A DNA stretch of 64,000 bases from a virus (IMGVR_UViG_3300030613_000008:1-64000), one strand, 5' to 3'. Shown: positions 1 to 7,910, counted from the stretch's first letter. A program made the numbers and translations. Notes: generated by a model not told the origin, from the letters alone.

Positions 1-229
1 TGCAGCGGCGCGGACACGAAGGCCTCGTTCCCGAAGCTGAGCACGGTGGGCGGCTGGCTCTATTGCCGCGGCGCGGACACGAAGGCCTCGTTCCCGAAGC
101 TGAGCACGGTGGGCGGCGGGCTCGATTGCCGCGGCGCGGACACGAAGGCCTCGTTCCCGAAGCTGAGCACGGTGGGCGGCTGGCTCTATTGCCGCGGCGC
201 GGACACGAAGGCCTCGTTCCCGAAGCTGA
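1..229 (+). repeat. 63-bp coding tandem repeat, about 3.6 copies
   Basis: Units start at 1, 64, 127 and 190. They are identical except AGC/CGC, TGG/GGG and TAT/GAT. Confidence 0.95.
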
Positions 230-723
230 CGAAGAGAGAATGTGGAGACGCCGTTGCCCGCGCCCGTGTTGGCCGTGCGTTCCGCCACAAGGGCTTCCTG
301 TTCGCCGACGGCATTTTGTCTGAGATCGTGAGCACCAGAGATCTGCGCGGTGGTGCGAAGGTCCACATCATCCGCGTTGTCGGCAAGACGAAGGTCACCT
401 ACTGCATCGAGTCCGACGGCACGTATTCGCACGGCGACACGATCAAGGAAGCGCGGGAGTCGTTGCTGTACAAGGTGGGCCAGCGCGACAAGAGCGTGTA
501 CGCGGGATGGAAGCTGGACCGCAAGATAACGGGCAAGGAGGCGGTGGAAAGCTACCGGGTGATAACGGGTGCGTGTGAGGCGGGTGTCCGCTCATTCGTG
601 ACGGCGCACCTCGGCAAGCTCAAAGCTCGGTACACCGTGAAGGAAGTGATCGACCTCACGCGAGGGCAGTACGGCAACCAGGTGTACGAGGAGTTCTTTA
701 CCATCGCGGCGAAGGAGGGGTGA
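1..723 (+). CDS. LRR-like/L-domain tandem-repeat phage protein (5' end lies outside the window)
   Basis: Frame is open from base 1. 21-aa repeats CxGADTKASFPKLSTVGGxLx, then a C-terminal domain with GACEAGVRSF. Confidence 0.7.
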   Translation, partial: CSGADTKASFPKLSTVGGWLYCRGADTKASFPKLSTVGGGLDCRGADTKASFPKLSTVGGWLYCRGADTKASFPKLTKRECGDAVARARVGRAFRHKGFLFADGILSEIVSTRDLRGGAKVHIIRVVGKTKVTYCIESDGTYSHGDTIKEARESLLYKVGQRDKSVYAGWKLDRKITGKEAVESYRVITGACEAGVRSFVTAHLGKLKARYTVKEVIDLTRGQYGNQVYEEFFTIAAKEG

Positions 724-724
724 G

Positions 725-1288
725 ATGGGACACGGAAGTGACCATTGTTCAGAGCACGATCATCCGCCACCGTGCCCGCATTGTCTGGAGGACGACGTGA
801 AATCAGCCGACGCCGAGATCTCCTCCCTCACCGCTCGCCTAGCCGCAAGCGAGGCGGCGCTGGCGGGGGAACGGGAGAGGGCGGAACAACTGGAAGCAGA
901 CCGAAACGAGTGGAAGGGAGTTGCGGATGGTCGGCTGATAGAGATCGTCGATTTGCATTCCATCAACGCCGCCGCCTTGGCCCGCGCGGAGAAGGCGGAA
1001 TATACAGCAGCGCAGGTGCCACAACTGCGGACGCGCATACAGCAACTCGCCGCCGCTCGCGAGGATGCGGTGCGAGAGTTCGCGGAGTGGCTTGCGGCGC
1101 AGCATCCCGTGTGCCAATTCGTGCGCCTAAATAGAGACGGCGTGCCGGACGACTCGTCCATCGTGGACGTCGCCAACATCTACCTCGCGGTAAAGGAGCC
1201 GACCGGTCAACTACCGTCCGCGGAAGCGGGCGGCTTGGAAGGAGTAGCGATGCCAACGCGAAACGGACAGGGGAAAGAGGGAGACTAG
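725..1288 (+). CDS. Hypothetical coiled-coil phage protein; C-terminus extended by the inserted element
   Basis: SD AGGAGG, N-terminal Cys/His cluster, heptad-like region. The last ~27 codons lie inside the omegaRNA. Confidence 0.7.
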   Translation: MGHGSDHCSEHDHPPPCPHCLEDDVKSADAEISSLTARLAASEAALAGERERAEQLEADRNEWKGVADGRLIEIVDLHSINAAALARAEKAEYTAAQVPQLRTRIQQLAAAREDAVREFAEWLAAQHPVCQFVRLNRDGVPDDSSIVDVANIYLAVKEPTGQLPSAEAGGLEGVAMPTRNGQGKEGD

Positions 1289-1455
1289 AGTGGCCAAGGT
1301 AGGGACCAGCAAGGTAACTGCCGTTCGAAGGCAACTGAGCCGACTTCCCGTGGCAGGGAGGACGACGTCGGAGGTGCTCCCCAAGCCCCCGACCTCTCTG
1401 TCGGCCAGTCTCGATGGGGTGCAAACACGGGTTAAAGGTTCCCGGCTTACAGCGA
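1186..1455 (+). ncRNA. omegaRNA (HEARO-like): 5' guide ~1186-1205, scaffold from 1206
   Basis: GTCAACTAC plus hairpin CCGTCCGC-GGAA-GCGGGCGG then CTTG; GACTAG; hairpin GTCGGAGG-TGCTCCCCAAG-CCCCCGAC; CGATGGGG able to pair with CCCCA. Lies directly upstream of the PLMP ORF. Ends are approximate. Confidence 0.8.
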
Positions 1456-2454
1456 TAAAAACCTACGTTCTGGTGGTTGGTTCAGATGGGGTGCCGTTGA
1501 TGCCAACGACGCCGAGTAGAGCGCGGAGATGGGTGAAGTATGGAGAGGCAACGCCGTTCTTCGTGCGTGGGATCTTTTGCGTGCGGTTGAACCGGGAGCC
1601 GTCGGCACAGGTCAAGCAGGAGATCGCAGTGGGTATCGATCCTGGTTCGAAGAAGGAAGGATTCACGGTGAAGTCGGAAGCCCACACGTTCCTGAACATC
1701 CAAGCCGATGCGGTGACGTGGGTGAAGGATGCCGTAGAAATCAAGCGAAACATGCGCAGGGCAAGACGATTCAGAAAAACTCCGTGCAGAGAGAATCGGA
1801 AGAACCGTGCGCGTGGTTGCCTTCCTCCATCAACGAAGGCACGCTGGCAGTGGAAGTTGAGGATCGTCGCTCAACTGGCGAAGGCATTTCCGATAACGAA
1901 TTTCGTTGTCGAAGACATCAAGGCGCTCACGAAGGGGCAGCGTCGATGGGATATAAGTTTCTCTCCACTAGAAGTGGGCAAATCGTGGTTTTACGAGGAA
2001 CTTACTCTGTTTGGCAGTGTGCATTTGAAGCAAGGATGGGAGACGGCCGAGATGCGCACAGCGGCCGGTTTGAAGAAGTCCAAGTCGAAGATGTCGAATG
2101 TGTTCGAGGCGCACTGCGTGGATAGTTGGGTGCTGGCAAATTGGTACGTTGGTGGCCACATCACGCCTGATAACACGGCGATGTTGTGTATCTCCCCAAT
2201 CCGACTTCACAGACGACAACTGCATGTGCTTCAGCCTGCGATTGGCGGAGTGCGGAAACCATACGGCAGTACACGTAGTCTTGGATTCAAGCGTGGCTCC
2301 CTGGTATCGCATCCGAAGTACGGAAAGTCTTACGTTGGAGGAACAAGAAACGGTCGTATTAGTCTGCATGAACCCAAGAGCGGCAAGCGACTGACGAGAG
2401 ATATAAAACCACAGGATTGCAGATTCGTGACCTACAACACATGGAGGCCGACCG
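1206..2454 (+). mobile_element. IS200/IS605-derived OMEGA cassette (omegaRNA + isrB), no tnpA
   Basis: Begins GTCAACTACC, is visibly more AT-rich than its flanks, and is bounded by GCCGACCG at 1198-1205 and 2447-2454. Removing it restores a clean gene junction. Confidence 0.85.
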
Positions 2455-2462
2455 ATGGGTGA
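1455..2462 (+). CDS. isrB: IsrB RNA-guided nickase (PLMP + split RuvC, no HNH); start codon uncertain
   Basis: DGVPLMPTTPSRARR (PLMP), GIDPGSK (RuvC-I), MRRARRFRK (bridge helix/RRXRR), FVVEDI (RuvC-II), AHCVDS (RuvC-III). No HNH or CxxC between RuvC-II and III. About 335 aa. Confidence 0.88.
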   Translation: MKTYVLVVGSDGVPLMPTTPSRARRWVKYGEATPFFVRGIFCVRLNREPSAQVKQEIAVGIDPGSKKEGFTVKSEAHTFLNIQADAVTWVKDAVEIKRNMRRARRFRKTPCRENRKNRARGCLPPSTKARWQWKLRIVAQLAKAFPITNFVVEDIKALTKGQRRWDISFSPLEVGKSWFYEELTLFGSVHLKQGWETAEMRTAAGLKKSKSKMSNVFEAHCVDSWVLANWYVGGHITPDNTAMLCISPIRLHRRQLHVLQPAIGGVRKPYGSTRSLGFKRGSLVSHPKYGKSYVGGTRNGRISLHEPKSGKRLTRDIKPQDCRFVTYNTWRPTDG

Positions 2463-2664
2463 TGTGCTTATCACGTGCAGCCGGTGCGGAGCGAAATTCA
2501 CCGATGGTCTATGGTGGGAGTACACCGTCCCGACCACCGGGACCGAAACACCGCGAAGACGCGGTGCACCGTTCCAATTTCGTCCCGGCCAGTGTCCGAG
2601 ATGCAAAAACATGCCCACTGGTGACGGCACAGCGTTCGATGAAAAGGAGCCCTCCCATGACTAG
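2455..2664 (+). CDS. Small Zn-ribbon protein
   Basis: CSRC...CPRC; SD GGAGG at 2443. Confidence 0.65.
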   Translation: MGDVLITCSRCGAKFTDGLWWEYTVPTTGTETPRRRGAPFQFRPGQCPRCKNMPTGDGTAFDEKEPSHD

Positions 2665-3058
2665 CACCCTACGCGCCCAAGCCGCTGCGGCGGCAAGAGA
2701 CTACGACGCCGTCCACATGAACCATTTCCCGGAGATGCCTCATTATGCTCGGGTCATGTTCGTCGAAGGCTACCTCCTCGGCCACGCTGCGGGCGTGGAG
2801 GAGGGCGCGCGGGACGTGTCGAGACAGGCGCACGACGCGATGGAGCGAGCCATCGGGAGGGCGCGGAAGGCGAAGGAGATTGCGCGCACGGCCCGACTCC
2901 GGTGTGAAATGAGTGCTGTGGTAGGATGGATCGCAGCATTGCAAGAGGAGATGTTCATCAATCCCGAGACGAGAATCCTCTCCTCCCTCGCGCCCGGCAC
3001 GGCAATTATAGAGGACACGGATGTGCCAGTGCTGATCAGGGGAGATAATCTGAAATGA
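2657..3058 (+). CDS. Hypothetical protein
   Basis: AAGGAG then ATG at 2657; overlaps both neighbours. Confidence 0.55.
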   Translation: MTSTLRAQAAAAARDYDAVHMNHFPEMPHYARVMFVEGYLLGHAAGVEEGARDVSRQAHDAMERAIGRARKAKEIARTARLRCEMSAVVGWIAALQEEMFINPETRILSSLAPGTAIIEDTDVPVLIRGDNLK

Positions 3059-3261
3059 AAATCGTGGACATAACTGCTTGGACAGTAGTCAGTGGAGTAG
3101 GTCATATTGTGGTTTCTTCCAATTCTGGTTGGATAATCACGGCATGCGGACACTGGCTCACAGGAGATGTCGAACACACACAGCCAAAGCGCATCTGCCG
3201 CTCTTGCAGATCTGCTTTGCCGAGTCTCAGCAAGGTGCAAGATAATGGAACGAAAATGTAG
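3055..3261 (+). CDS. Small Cys/His protein
   Basis: ATGA overlap; H..TACG...CRSC. Confidence 0.5.
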   Translation: MKIVDITAWTVVSGVGHIVVSSNSGWIITACGHWLTGDVEHTQPKRICRSCRSALPSLSKVQDNGTKM

Positions 3262-3317
3262 TTGCGGGGGAATTGACATCGGGGTTGGCGTCATGCACGA
3301 GCCGACTTGCGAAATGA

Positions 3318-3791
3318 ACGACACCGGACCGTTGCTGGCAGCGGTGGACGCGGTCAGACCTCGCGCCGGAATTGGTATGGAGCACCGTACACCTCGCCGC
3401 CCGCCACCGTGTCGGCTCCCTCGTGGCGGCGACGTGCGCGTTCAACGCCTATTTCCAGAAGACCGTCTATCGGTTTCGCGAACCAGACGCGACGCGCTGT
3501 TGGGACACTTCTCGCATCATGCCGGCCGCGCTGGCGCCGTTCGTTCTGCGGATCACCGAGGTGAAGGCCGAACGGCTCGGCGAGATCAGCGACGCGGACG
3601 CAATCGACGAGGGGATGATGCACTGGGCGCGAACTGACCCGAGTCCATTCCCCGAGGCGGAGTGTGTGCGCCCGTCATGGTGGTTCGGAACGTATTGGGA
3701 TCAACTCTATGGTGCGGGTTCCTGGAACGACGACGCGCAGAAGTGGGTTTGGGCGTATAAGTTCGAAATCGCAGAGAGCAGGATAGGATGA
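3318..3791 (+). pseudogene. ASCH/PUA-like phage protein, apparently lacking its N-terminus
   Basis: LRITEVKAERLGEISDADAIDEG...WDQLYGAGSW...WVWAYKF. Frame is closed by TGA at 3315 and has no good SD/start. Confidence 0.5.
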
Positions 3792-4414
3792 AACCGAAAT
3801 CCACCGACGATCTCATCAAACGGTACGAGCAACTGGTCGACGCAGCCGTTGCCGAGTCGCGCCTCGAATCACACCTGGACCGTTTCGCCGTCGCCTACGG
3901 GCTCGTGGCTGTCGCCTTCTGCCTCGTCGCGCTCGCGGTGCTGCTTGGGGGATGCAGCCCGGTGGCACGGTCGGTAACTCCGATCACGCCGATCTCCTCC
4001 TCCCACTCACAACTCACGGCCACGGAATACGACCTCGCGGAGACCGAGTTCTCCGGTGACCTCGCATCGATGCCGGCGGAGCTCCAAGCCGCGGCCGACG
4101 CGGACTGCCAGCGGCTGCTCGAACGCCGAGACGCGGCGAGCGCCGTGGTGCTCGGGCTGGTCGGGCTGACCGGAGCGGGCGGGCTCGCGACGATCATCCC
4201 AAAGGACGCCGAGGGAGCCGAGCGCAAGGGGTGGGACATCGGGTTGGGCGCGACGACGCTCGCGGCGGCGACGACGGCGACCATTCTGGGAGCGATGGTA
4301 AGAAATTGGAGTGCAGAGTACGAGCGCCGCTGCGTGAGCGAGACGCCCGCCGTGGTAGAGCACCCGGCCAGTGACGAGGTTGACCATTCTCCCGACCCCG
4401 ACGGCGGGGTGTGA
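3788..4414 (+). CDS. Membrane protein / putative lipoprotein
   Basis: Hydrophobic stretch ending LLGGC, plus two Gly/Ala-rich hydrophobic helices. Confidence 0.6.
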   Translation: MKPKSTDDLIKRYEQLVDAAVAESRLESHLDRFAVAYGLVAVAFCLVALAVLLGGCSPVARSVTPITPISSSHSQLTATEYDLAETEFSGDLASMPAELQAAADADCQRLLERRDAASAVVLGLVGLTGAGGLATIIPKDAEGAERKGWDIGLGATTLAAATTATILGAMVRNWSAEYERRCVSETPAVVEHPASDEVDHSPDPDGGV

Positions 4415-4439
4415 CCGTCCGCCCGTCCCGTGCTAGACT
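4411..4439 (+). promoter_or_regulatory. Putative extended -10 promoter (leaderless transcript)
   Basis: GTGACC-N17-TAGACT with TGC upstream of the -10; ATG 7 nt downstream at 4446. Confidence 0.45.
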
Positions 4440-4445
4440 TCCCGA

Positions 4446-4625
4446 ATGGACCGCGACGATGAACTGACCCGCCCAATCACTCTACCGCCTCGCCAGCCGC
4501 CCCGGTGCGCCAAGCCTGCCGAGTCCCCCTGCGCTTTTCGAGACGAGTCTGGCGCGTGTAATAAAGCCGTGACGACGTGCCGTCACAAGATCGACGCGAA
4601 ACAACTTGACACGTGCAACCCGTAG
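4446..4625 (+). CDS. 59-aa Cys-rich protein missed by the ORF track
   Basis: MDRDDELTRP...CAKPAESPC...CNKAVTTCRHK...CNP*. Fills the intergenic gap, with its ATG at the predicted +1. Confidence 0.45.
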   Translation: MDRDDELTRPITLPPRQPPRCAKPAESPCAFRDESGACNKAVTTCRHKIDAKQLDTCNP

Positions 4626-4634
4626 CACTATGCT
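4606..4634 (+). promoter_or_regulatory. sigma70-type promoter for the lipoprotein gene
   Basis: TTGACA-N17-TATGCT; dyad GTGACG-N6-CGTCAC at 4569-4586. Confidence 0.7.
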
Positions 4635-4652
4635 AGATATAGAGGTGCGAAA

Positions 4653-5543
4653 ATGAAGACTACAACGACGATTCTGGCGGTTCTGCTTTGGGGGTGCTCG
4701 GCGAGCCCGCAGACGGCGTTTATCCCGGACGGTGGGGATAGCGACGGGGACACGGACGCGGACTCTGGCGAGGATGCCAGCACGGACGTCGACAGCGACG
4801 GGGACGCGGGTCCGGACGCCTCAACCGACACCGACACGGACACCGACACGGACACCGACACGGACTCTGATTCGGATACGGGAACCGAGGACACCGAGAC
4901 GGAGACGACCGATACGGAAACCGAAACGGTCGATACCGAGACGGACACGGGGACGGAAGATACGGATACCGGCCCTGATACCGACACGGGAATCGACCCG
5001 CCTGATACGGATACCGAGGTCGACACCGAGACAGAGGATACCGACACGGGGAGCGACACCGACACGGGACCGGACACCGACACCGGCCCCGACGTCAACG
5101 CCTGTGGCTTCGTCGAGATGCCCGCCGGCACGGTGTGCGACCCCGACACGGGGCAGGTTTGGGAGGCCACTGTGAGCCCTTCCAGCGAGGGCAATTGGGC
5201 GTGGGGCTTCTGGTACTACTGCGAGCCGTTGACGCTCGGGGGGTTCGACGATTGGCGGATGCCGACTGAAGATGAGATGGCGGCGCTGTGGCGACTCGAC
5301 GACCCTATCATCCTGCCTGAGTTTCCGTTCGAGTGCGACTGGCCCGCGTGGGCCGGGACGGATTGTGGGCACCGCCTGTGGTCGGATTATGGGTACGCGG
5401 AGTTGGGGTATAATCCGATGTTTGCGGCTGATACGTTTAGATACTATTGCTCATACCTAGGTGCGACGGAAGTATCAGACCCTCTATGTCAACACGCTGA
5501 GACGCTTGGCGGTTCGGCATTCACCCGTTGCGTGCGCGGTTGA
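4653..5543 (+). CDS. Lipoprotein with Asp/Thr low-complexity linker and DUF1566 (Lcl C-terminal-like) domain
   Basis: Signal MKTTTTILAVLLWGC; (DT)n tract; VCDPDTGQVWE...YCEPLTLGGFDDWRMPTEDEM...RCVRG. Confidence 0.8.
   Translation: MKTTTTILAVLLWGCSASPQTAFIPDGGDSDGDTDADSGEDASTDVDSDGDAGPDASTDTDTDTDTDTDTDSDSDTGTEDTETETTDTETETVDTETDTGTEDTDTGPDTDTGIDPPDTDTEVDTETEDTDTGSDTDTGPDTDTGPDVNACGFVEMPAGTVCDPDTGQVWEATVSPSSEGNWAWGFWYYCEPLTLGGFDDWRMPTEDEMAALWRLDDPIILPEFPFECDWPAWAGTDCGHRLWSDYGYAELGYNPMFAADTFRYYCSYLGATEVSDPLCQHAETLGGSAFTRCVRG
4740..5095 (+). repeat. GACACC/GACACG hexamer low-complexity coding repeat
   Basis: Encodes the DTDTDT tract. Confidence 0.85.
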
Positions 5544-5713
5544 ACTTCCAATCTCCCACTGACCGCGACGTCTACGCCGACTCGCCTATCGAGTGTCACG
5601 ACCTTGACGGCGTGCCCGTGACTCGTGCCGAGGCGATTGCGCTTGCCCGTGCGAACCGCGCCCGGATTGATGCGTTGATGCGAGCGGAGGTTGAGCGCGA
5701 CGCCGACCGCTAG
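5540..5713 (+). CDS. Small hypothetical protein
   Basis: TTGA start/stop overlap with the upstream gene. Confidence 0.4.
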   Translation: MNFQSPTDRDVYADSPIECHDLDGVPVTRAEAIALARANRARIDALMRAEVERDADR

Positions 5714-5723
5714 CCTATCCCGT

Positions 5724-5752
5724 TTGACAATTCCAACCGCGCGCCCTACATT
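5724..5752 (+). promoter_or_regulatory. sigma70-type promoter, leaderless transcript
   Basis: TTGACA-N17-TACATT; ATG at 5759 is 7 nt downstream and has no SD. Confidence 0.7.
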
Positions 5753-5758
5753 GGGCGC

Positions 5759-6064
5759 ATGGCACGAATCAAGACGACGCGAAACCACCGTCGGATGCAA
5801 TCCGCGATACTGCGGTTGACATCCCGTCTGCCCGGCCGATGGTCGGCGATGGCGTTGACCGAAGCGCTGTGCGCCGACACGAAGTCCACCTACGGCGGGC
5901 GCAACCCCTACGGCCTGGTATCCACGACCAACTGCGCTCTGCTCCGCCTTGTCGAGATGGGCTACATGGAGCGCAAGATGGAGACGACGGACCTCGGCAG
6001 GGTGCGGTACACCTACGCTATCACGGCCAAGGGGCGCGTGGCGGAGAAGGAGTTTGCCAAGTGA
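5759..6064 (+). CDS. Winged-helix DNA-binding protein (PadR/MarR-like)
   Basis: ALLRLVEMGYMERK...RYTYAITAKGR wing motif. Confidence 0.65.
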   Translation: MARIKTTRNHRRMQSAILRLTSRLPGRWSAMALTEALCADTKSTYGGRNPYGLVSTTNCALLRLVEMGYMERKMETTDLGRVRYTYAITAKGRVAEKEFAK

Positions 6065-6315
6065 ACTCCGAATCCGAGCCGAAGCCCGCTCCGTCCTCCA
6101 AGGTCGTCATCGAGTATCTGCCGAAGCGCACGTGCAAGAAGTGCGGCGGGCGCGGGATTGACGGCTACCACACGAAGCTCGTCGCCACGGCGAACGGCAA
6201 GGAGTGGCAGCGTAAAGGCCCGGTGCGGTGCTCATGCTGCAAGCCAGTCCGCGTCGAAACGGTTGAGGTGCCTGGTGGTGAAGTGGCCGTAACGCAGACG
6301 CCCGCCGTCCCGTGA
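6061..6315 (+). CDS. Small Zn-finger protein
   Basis: GTGA overlaps on both sides; CKKCGGRG...CSCC. Confidence 0.55.
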   Translation: MNSESEPKPAPSSKVVIEYLPKRTCKKCGGRGIDGYHTKLVATANGKEWQRKGPVRCSCCKPVRVETVEVPGGEVAVTQTPAVP

Positions 6316-7910
6316 CATCCGTCGACCTCACTGTTGACCCGCAATACCGTCCACCCGTCGGGCACCTGTTCACCCCGGGGCCGTCCATCGAGCCCGCGAC
6401 GCTAGCCGAGCAAGACGACCGAATGGAGTCGATACGTTGGGCGCGAATTCACGCAGCACGCAACGACTTCGCAGCGTTCATGGAATACTGCATCGAGGAC
6501 AGCGAAATCGGTGGGCCTGTTACGATACAGTGGTTTCACGACGAATGGATTTCGGCGCTTGAGCAAAACAAACGAGTGCTGATTATCGCACCTCGCAGTC
6601 ACGGGAAAAGTAGCGTGGTCATCGCCCGCGTGATTTGGGAGCTTGGGCGCAACCCGAACTTGAGAATCAAGATCGCTTGCGAGGACCAACCGGCGGCCGT
6701 CAAGCGCCTCGGTGAAATCAAGCGGCACATCGAGAAGAACCCGCACGTACACGAGGTGTTCCCGAATCTCAAGCCGTCGACTGACAACTGGTCGAAGACG
6801 TCTATCACGGTACAGCGGACGCTCATCGACAAAGACCCGAGCGTTGAGGCACAAGGCGTGCTCGGTGGCGCGACCGGCGGGCGCGTGGACATTCTCATCG
6901 GTGACGACATCGTGGGTCGCAGGAACGCACTCACGACGCCAGCGTTGCGCGAGTCTGTGATTCAGGCGTGGGAGTCGGACTGGTTGAACCTCGGTGGTCC
7001 CGAGTCCCGCGTGTGGTGCATATGCACTCTGTGGCATCGCCTCGACCTCAACCACAAGATGATGGAGAGCGGAAACTGGCACGTCTGTTTCTACGCTATC
7101 ACGGGGTACGCTTCCATCTGGCCGGAGCGCCGTAGCGCGGCGTGGTTGAGGGACAGGCGGGCGCTCATCGGCGCGACCGAATACGCCCGTGGGTTCGCGA
7201 ACAAGCCGCAAGACGAATCCGAGTCTCCGGTCCAGCCGAGTTCGATTGAGTACGTGCGAGCCGCCGCGTTGCCGCCACGCGAAGAGTTGGAAGTCTACAT
7301 CAGCTACGACGTTGCAACCGAGGTGGCGAAAGAAAACGACTTCACGTTCGAGACGGTCATCGCGATTCACCAGAAATCGGAAACAGTTTTCGTCCTCGAT
7401 GGTGAGCAACGCAAGGTGTCGCGGAACAAGCAATCGACGTGGGTGCAAGCGTCGTATCACAAGTGGCGACCGACAAAAATTCTCATCGAGTCCATCGGCA
7501 ACGACCTCGCCGCATGGGTGTTGAACGACGCGCCGCACCTCGTTGGAATCATCGAGCGCGTGAAGAACCTCACGACGAAGGGGAACAAATTGCAGCGGTT
7601 GACGGCCGTAACGCCGTTCTTCGAACGCGGCAACGTTGTGTTTCTGGACCACCTGGACCCGGACAATGAGAAGTTCGACCCGAGTCGTGGCAACCTCATT
7701 GAGCAACTTCTCGATTTCGGGATTGCGGCTCACGATGACGGCGTCGACAGTCTCACTCAGAATTTGGACGCAGCGCGATACTACGCGCTTGACCGTTGGG
7801 CGGCGCGAGGTGCTACCCTAGTCGGGAGAGCGGGAAGCGGCGACGATTCCAGTCGGCCGGAGGACAATCGTGACGAAGAAACCGAAGACGGCGACGACGA
7901 ATACAGATAG
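6312..7910 (+). CDS. terL: Terminase large subunit
   Basis: Walker A APRSHGKS, Walker B ILIGDD, nuclease acidic motifs SYDVA...DFT...HDDGVD. Confidence 0.93.
   Translation: MTSVDLTVDPQYRPPVGHLFTPGPSIEPATLAEQDDRMESIRWARIHAARNDFAAFMEYCIEDSEIGGPVTIQWFHDEWISALEQNKRVLIIAPRSHGKSSVVIARVIWELGRNPNLRIKIACEDQPAAVKRLGEIKRHIEKNPHVHEVFPNLKPSTDNWSKTSITVQRTLIDKDPSVEAQGVLGGATGGRVDILIGDDIVGRRNALTTPALRESVIQAWESDWLNLGGPESRVWCICTLWHRLDLNHKMMESGNWHVCFYAITGYASIWPERRSAAWLRDRRALIGATEYARGFANKPQDESESPVQPSSIEYVRAAALPPREELEVYISYDVATEVAKENDFTFETVIAIHQKSETVFVLDGEQRKVSRNKQSTWVQASYHKWRPTKILIESIGNDLAAWVLNDAPHLVGIIERVKNLTTKGNKLQRLTAVTPFFERGNVVFLDHLDPDNEKFDPSRGNLIEQLLDFGIAAHDDGVDSLTQNLDAARYYALDRWAARGATLVGRAGSGDDSSRPEDNRDEETEDGDDEYR
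7789..7819 (+). promoter_or_regulatory. Putative late promoter (19-bp spacer) upstream of portal
   Basis: TTGACC-N16-TGC-TACCCT. Confidence 0.55.

Noticed and set aside
1-229. 63-bp repeats as a CRISPR array
   Set aside because: The units are contiguous and in-frame coding, with no unique spacers.
1290-2462. IscB, Cas9 or TnpB assignment
   Set aside because: There is no HNH insert and no TnpB Zn finger. PLMP plus split RuvC at ~335 aa fits IsrB.
4569-4587. CRP box
   Set aside because: The GTGA...TCACA half-sites are 10 nt apart rather than 6.
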